From an uncultured candidate division Zixibacteria bacterium (lineage in GTDB: Bacteria > Zixibacteria > MSB-5A5 > RBG-16-43-9), in contig OY970208.1 of the NCBI GenBank assembly GCA_963713865.1, positions 1,440,001 to 1,504,000 on the forward strand: DNA of 64,000 bases, in the 5' to 3' direction. The notes under the pieces were generated by a model. It did no database searches. It had not been told where the DNA came from and saw nothing but the letters and a program-made list of their open reading frames with translations. Each line of letters opens with the position of its first letter. Within the stretch, counting starts at the first letter, position 1. Shown here piece by piece: positions 60,251 through 64,000 of the stretch. Made by a program: the position numbers and the translations under genes.

Positions 60251-60379
60251 TATGAATTTTATATAGGTATAATTAATAGGATGCTTTATGGACTGAGTAG
60301 AAGCATACAGTAATCAGGGGTGGGGTTGTGCCCTGTATGCTGTCTACTACCTACTGTCTACTAACCTAAAGGAGGTAAA

Positions 60380-60937
60380 ATGTTAATCGCCTTATTATTT
60401 CTGCTAATCGTCTTCGGAGTACCGATTTTGATTATAATCGGAATCTATAACCGGTTGGTGGTTTTGAGGAATCGGGGGGATAATGCCTGGCATCAGATTG
60501 ATGTGCAGTTAGAGAGAAGGGCAGATTTAGTACCCAATTTAGTTGAGACCGTTAGAGGGTATGCAGCTCATGAGAAAGGTGTTTTTGAAGCGGTAACAAA
60601 AGCCCGAACCCAATGGGCTCAAGCCGGAAGTGTTAAGGAGAAAGCAGAAGCGAATGAAATGCTTACTTCCGCCCTGAAGACCCTTTTCGCAGTAGCAGAG
60701 AATTATCCGGATTTAAAAGCAAATCAGAATTTTCTGATGCTTCAGGAGGAGTTAGCTGGGATCGAAAGCAAGATTGCTTATGCCAGGCAGTTTTACAATG
60801 ATACAATCTTAGCCTATAACAACGCCCAGCAGGTTTTCCCCTCAAATATCATTGCGAATATGTTCAACTTCAAACTCAGAGAGTATTTCGAGGTGGAAGA
60901 GGCTGGCAAAAGAGCAGTGCCGAAAGTGGGGTTCTGA
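60380..60937 (+). CDS. lemA: LemA family protein
   Basis: [41 protein letters not shown]. Confidence 0.95.
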   Translation: MLIALLFLLIVFGVPILIIIGIYNRLVVLRNRGDNAWHQIDVQLERRADLVPNLVETVRGYAAHEKGVFEAVTKARTQWAQAGSVKEKAEANEMLTSALKTLFAVAENYPDLKANQNFLMLQEELAGIESKIAYARQFYNDTILAYNNAQQVFPSNIIANMFNFKLREYFEVEEAGKRAVPKVGF

Positions 60938-61007
60938 GAAACAGGCTAAAGGCGGAAAACTGGTAGGTCAGACATTCCTGTCTGACAGTAAATAAAAGAG
61001 GCTGTAG

Positions 61008-61778
61008 ATGAAAATCCCAAAAGCCAAAACAATTGAACTAATTGATGAGAAAATAAAACAGTTTGAGCAGGTGGCAAGAAATGCAACATACGAAAACCAA
61101 TATAAAGAAGAGTATCAGTTGGCTTATCATGGGACTGAAATGCTCCTAACTGAATTATTTTCTGAAGATGAAACAAAGAATTTCAGGATTGAAGTGACTA
61201 TCCCACTTTCAATTCGGGCAGGTGAAGAAATTGATTTTACTGAGGAAGTTCGGGGATATAAAGAACATATTAGTAAGTGCATTACACAACTAAAAGCATA
61301 CAGAGAAAGGATTGATAATTTTTGGTCAGACGAGGAAGAAACAACTACAAGAACATCTATGATGCCTTTTGTTGCAATGAGTTTTGATGAAGCCGATAAA
61401 GAAATTAATCAGCATGTGACCGGAATTCTACAGGCATTGCAAGTTGATTTTGAAACAGGGGAGCGTTATTCCAAGGACAGTATCCCAGAGAAAGTACAGA
61501 GTCGAATTCGTAGTGCTGACCTCTTCATAGGTATCTTTGTTAAGCGGGACAAATTAGAAAGTGGTGGTTATTCAACACCAGGCTGGTTACTCAAAGAACT
61601 TGGTATTGCGCAAGGAGCTAAAAAAGATGTTATTGCCTGGGTCGAGCAAGGCATAAAGGATATCGCCGGATTGAACTGGGAGAAAGAGGTTATTTACTTT
61701 GTGCGGGAGGATGTAAAAGAAATGGAGAAGGCTACGATAAAGTTTCTGGAAGCACTCAAGGTGCATAAACTGATTTGA
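61008..61778 (+). CDS. Helical N-domain plus TIR / nucleoside 2-deoxyribosyltransferase-like domain protein
   Basis: FVAMSF...IPEKVQSRIRSADLFIGIF...WLLKELGIAQGAKK.VI pattern with conserved Glu; family judged by motif only. Confidence 0.65.
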   Translation: MKIPKAKTIELIDEKIKQFEQVARNATYENQYKEEYQLAYHGTEMLLTELFSEDETKNFRIEVTIPLSIRAGEEIDFTEEVRGYKEHISKCITQLKAYRERIDNFWSDEEETTTRTSMMPFVAMSFDEADKEINQHVTGILQALQVDFETGERYSKDSIPEKVQSRIRSADLFIGIFVKRDKLESGGYSTPGWLLKELGIAQGAKKDVIAWVEQGIKDIAGLNWEKEVIYFVREDVKEMEKATIKFLEALKVHKLI

Positions 61779-61785
61779 ACGTGAT

Positions 61786-62337
61786 ATGTCTGACAGTAAG
61801 AATCAAAGAACAGACAGAACAGACAAGAATGTCTGTTCTACCAATGATCTCAACGATGGGCTTCAAATCACCAGAAGGAAACTTCCACACTGGACATTGA
61901 AAGGCTCAACCTATTTTGTTACTTTTAGAACGGCTAAAAGACAGGCAGGAATGCCTATCCTCCTATCCATTGAAGAACAGAAACTGGTTTTGGAACATGT
62001 AATTAATCATAATGAGAGGTTTTATATGCTAATTGCCGCTGTTGTAATGCCTGATCATGTTCATTTATTACTGGCACCAGAAGAAAAATATAGACTAAGT
62101 AGAATAATGAAAGGGATTAAAGGTGTCACCGCTCGACATATTAACTTAAAAAGAGGAACTTCTGATTCTATCTGGTTTGAAGAATCCTTCGATAGAATTA
62201 TAAGAGATCAGAAAGAATTGAACGAGAAATTGAATTATATGTTGAATAATCCAATTAAGAAAAATTTAGTTGATGACCTCTGGCAATATCATGGTTGGTA
62301 TTTCAAAGAGAGATATGGCAGATATAATGTTAAATAA
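61786..62337 (+). CDS. REP-associated tyrosine transposase (RAYT, Y1/HUH)
   Basis: RRKLPHW....TYFVTF, VVMPDHVHLL (HUH), IKG, W..ESFDRIIR, YM.NNP. Start uncertain because the N-terminus overlaps REP DNA. Confidence 0.88.
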   Translation: MSDSKNQRTDRTDKNVCSTNDLNDGLQITRRKLPHWTLKGSTYFVTFRTAKRQAGMPILLSIEEQKLVLEHVINHNERFYMLIAAVVMPDHVHLLLAPEEKYRLSRIMKGIKGVTARHINLKRGTSDSIWFEESFDRIIRDQKELNEKLNYMLNNPIKKNLVDDLWQYHGWYFKERYGRYNVK

Positions 62338-62443
62338 AAACAGACAGGAATGTTTGTTCTACCGGAAATAAAATGGTAGGTCAGACATTCTTGTCTGACT
62401 ATAATCACCGAACAGACAGGAATGTCTGTTCTACCGATTGTTT

Positions 62444-63340
62444 ATGATCTACGAGCAAATAGCAGAAAACAAAAGAAAAAGTATTTTTCTCCTTTTCTTA
62501 TTCATAGTCTTTCTCCTTTTCTTGGGGTGGGTTTTTGGTGAAGCTTATCAATCAGGTGAAGCCGGACTTATTATCGCTCTGGTAGTTGCTATTGTAATCT
62601 CTTTTGTTACCTTTTTCTATGGCGATAAAATGGTTTTAGGGATAAGTCAGGCAAAGCCGGTTGATCCCAAAGAAAATCCTTATCTTTATAATGTTATCGA
62701 AGGACTGGCTATTGGGGCTGGTGTTCCTGCACCTAAGGCTTATATTATCGACGACACTGCCCCGAACGCTTTTGCTACTGGAAGAAATCCACAGAATTCA
62801 GCCATTGTTGTTACAACTGGTCTTTTGCAGAAGATGGATCGGCTGGAACTGGAAGGTGTAATTGCTCACGAGATGTCGCATATAAAAAATTTCGATATCC
62901 GCTATGCTACCCTAGTAGTGGTCTTGGTTGGAACTGTGGCTTTGCTTTCTGACTGGATGGGCAGGAGTTTTTTCTACGGAAGGGGGAGAAGAGATAGAAG
63001 AGGTGGCGGGAATGCGATTTTTATCCTTTTAGCTTTGATCCTGGTGATTTTAGCTCCGGTGATTGCCAAATTGATTCAGCTCGCCATTTCCAGACAGAGG
63101 GAGTATTTAGCAGATTCCTCAGGAGCACTCCTTACCCGTTATCCAGAAGGGCTGGCTTCGGCTTTAGAGAAAATCTCAAAAGATACCGAACCATTAGAGG
63201 TGGCGAATAAGGCAACTGCCCATCTTTATATCGTTAATCCCTTGCTTGATCACCGGGGTAAGTTGAATGATCTTTTTTCGACTCATCCTCCGACAGAGGA
63301 AAGGATTAAGCGACTAAGGGCGATGACGTTTGTCAAATAA
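62444..63340 (+). CDS. htpX: Zinc metalloprotease HtpX (M48)
   Basis: PNAFATG, GVIAHEMSH (HExxH), SRQREYLAD, FSTHPP. Confidence 0.95.
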   Translation: MIYEQIAENKRKSIFLLFLFIVFLLFLGWVFGEAYQSGEAGLIIALVVAIVISFVTFFYGDKMVLGISQAKPVDPKENPYLYNVIEGLAIGAGVPAPKAYIIDDTAPNAFATGRNPQNSAIVVTTGLLQKMDRLELEGVIAHEMSHIKNFDIRYATLVVVLVGTVALLSDWMGRSFFYGRGRRDRRGGGNAIFILLALILVILAPVIAKLIQLAISRQREYLADSSGALLTRYPEGLASALEKISKDTEPLEVANKATAHLYIVNPLLDHRGKLNDLFSTHPPTEERIKRLRAMTFVK

Positions 63341-63455
63341 CAGATGAAAGATGACAGATAAAAAAATAAACGCGTAGCCGAGCCTTCAAGACTCAGCCGT
63401 AGAGATTGTAATGACAGAACAATGTTCTGTCCTACAAATAGAAATAGAGGACAAA

Positions 63456-64000
63456 ATGGCAAAAAAGCTTTTTATCTTCGAGGATGACAAATTTACAAAC
63501 TTTTACCCTCTGACCTATAATCGTCCGGTATATGAGCTTCTATGCGGGATTACAAAATTAAAGGATAAACTGATTCCTCTTTATCCTGAAGCTGAGGTTA
63601 TTCTTTTATGTCGGGATTATTTAACTGAGGTCTTAAGGCAAAAAGGCTCTGGTAAAGTTAATAACTTCAGTATTAAAAAAGAAGACCAGCTCCTTTTTAT
63701 TAATGGGCGTATATTAGCAGAAAATAAGCTTCCTCAAAAAATAAAATTTTCTGGAAAAGAGATAGGGTTTACCTTTAAAAGTGAACTTGTTGCCCTGAAT
63801 CTGAAAGGCGAGGATTTTAAAAAATATGAAGATGAGGTTAAAACCTTATACATGAAAGACAAAATCAGGTCGATAATTAAAAGGATAAAAACAGTAGAGA
63901 TTAAAGTTGGTATTATAAACTATCTCTGGGATCTCATAAAATTAAATCCGGAAGAGATAGAAAAGGATTTCAAAAGACTTTTTCAGGTCAAGAAAAATGA
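63456..64000 (+). CDS. Putative sugar nucleotidyltransferase, GlmU-related (partial, runs off window end)
   Basis: Not in ORF track. Read manually: MAKKLFIFEDDKFTNFYPLTYNRPVYELLCG...INGR...YLWDLI..N; GAGG RBS; open to the end. Confidence 0.75.
   Translation, partial: MAKKLFIFEDDKFTNFYPLTYNRPVYELLCGITKLKDKLIPLYPEAEVILLCRDYLTEVLRQKGSGKVNNFSIKKEDQLLFINGRILAENKLPQKIKFSGKEIGFTFKSELVALNLKGEDFKKYEDEVKTLYMKDKIRSIIKRIKTVEIKVGIINYLWDLIKLNPEEIEKDFKRLFQVKKN

Larger units (their letters stand above)
60962..62435. mobile_element. REP-bounded RAYT unit carrying a TIR-like cargo gene, between lemA and htpX
   Basis: GTAG-GTCAGACA-TTCC-TGTCTGAC family copies at 60962-60986, 61817-61842 (inverted), 61940-61963 (inverted, inside RAYT), 62339-62363 (inverted), 62375-62399 and 62410-62435 (inverted). 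Confidence 0.75.

Overview
Low-GC bacterial chromosomal window from a diderm FCB-group organism. Dockerin-like GDxNxD...YLINYLF tails and FlgD/T9SS-type C-terminal domains suggest Zixibacteria (inference). The coding backbone is mostly housekeeping: liv ABC transporter, MrfA/MrfB-like repair genes, ArnT-like transferase, cobalamin riboswitch-btuB, hybrid kinase, yceD-rpmF-plsX-fabHDG-acpP-fabF-rnc, mtnA, pyrRBC with a PyrR attenuator, purD/purE and lemA/htpX. Secreted-protein loci comprise two S8 peptidases, tandem beta-propeller proteins and a TonB/CTD-protein/PorV/lipoprotein cluster. No rRNA, tRNA or CRISPR array was seen. The unusual part is a layered set of tiny repeat elements in spacers and inside genes. 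(1) A four-helix-bundle gene in the liv operon is flanked by inverted 7-bp-period arrays; many orphan 7/8-bp arrays occur after stop codons and in frame inside proteins. (2) Two RAYT transposase loci have their own REP families; one splits lemA-htpX and carries a TIR-like cargo gene between 13-bp direct repeats. (3) About 30 GTAG/GGAG REP hairpins of many families are present. (4) 15-22-nt TCC...GGA mini-palindromes sit in REP loops and possibly one ORF. Also noted: a candidate attenuator leader, a candidate anti-SD structured RNA, a leaderless gene, two +1 frameshifts and one nonsense lesion.
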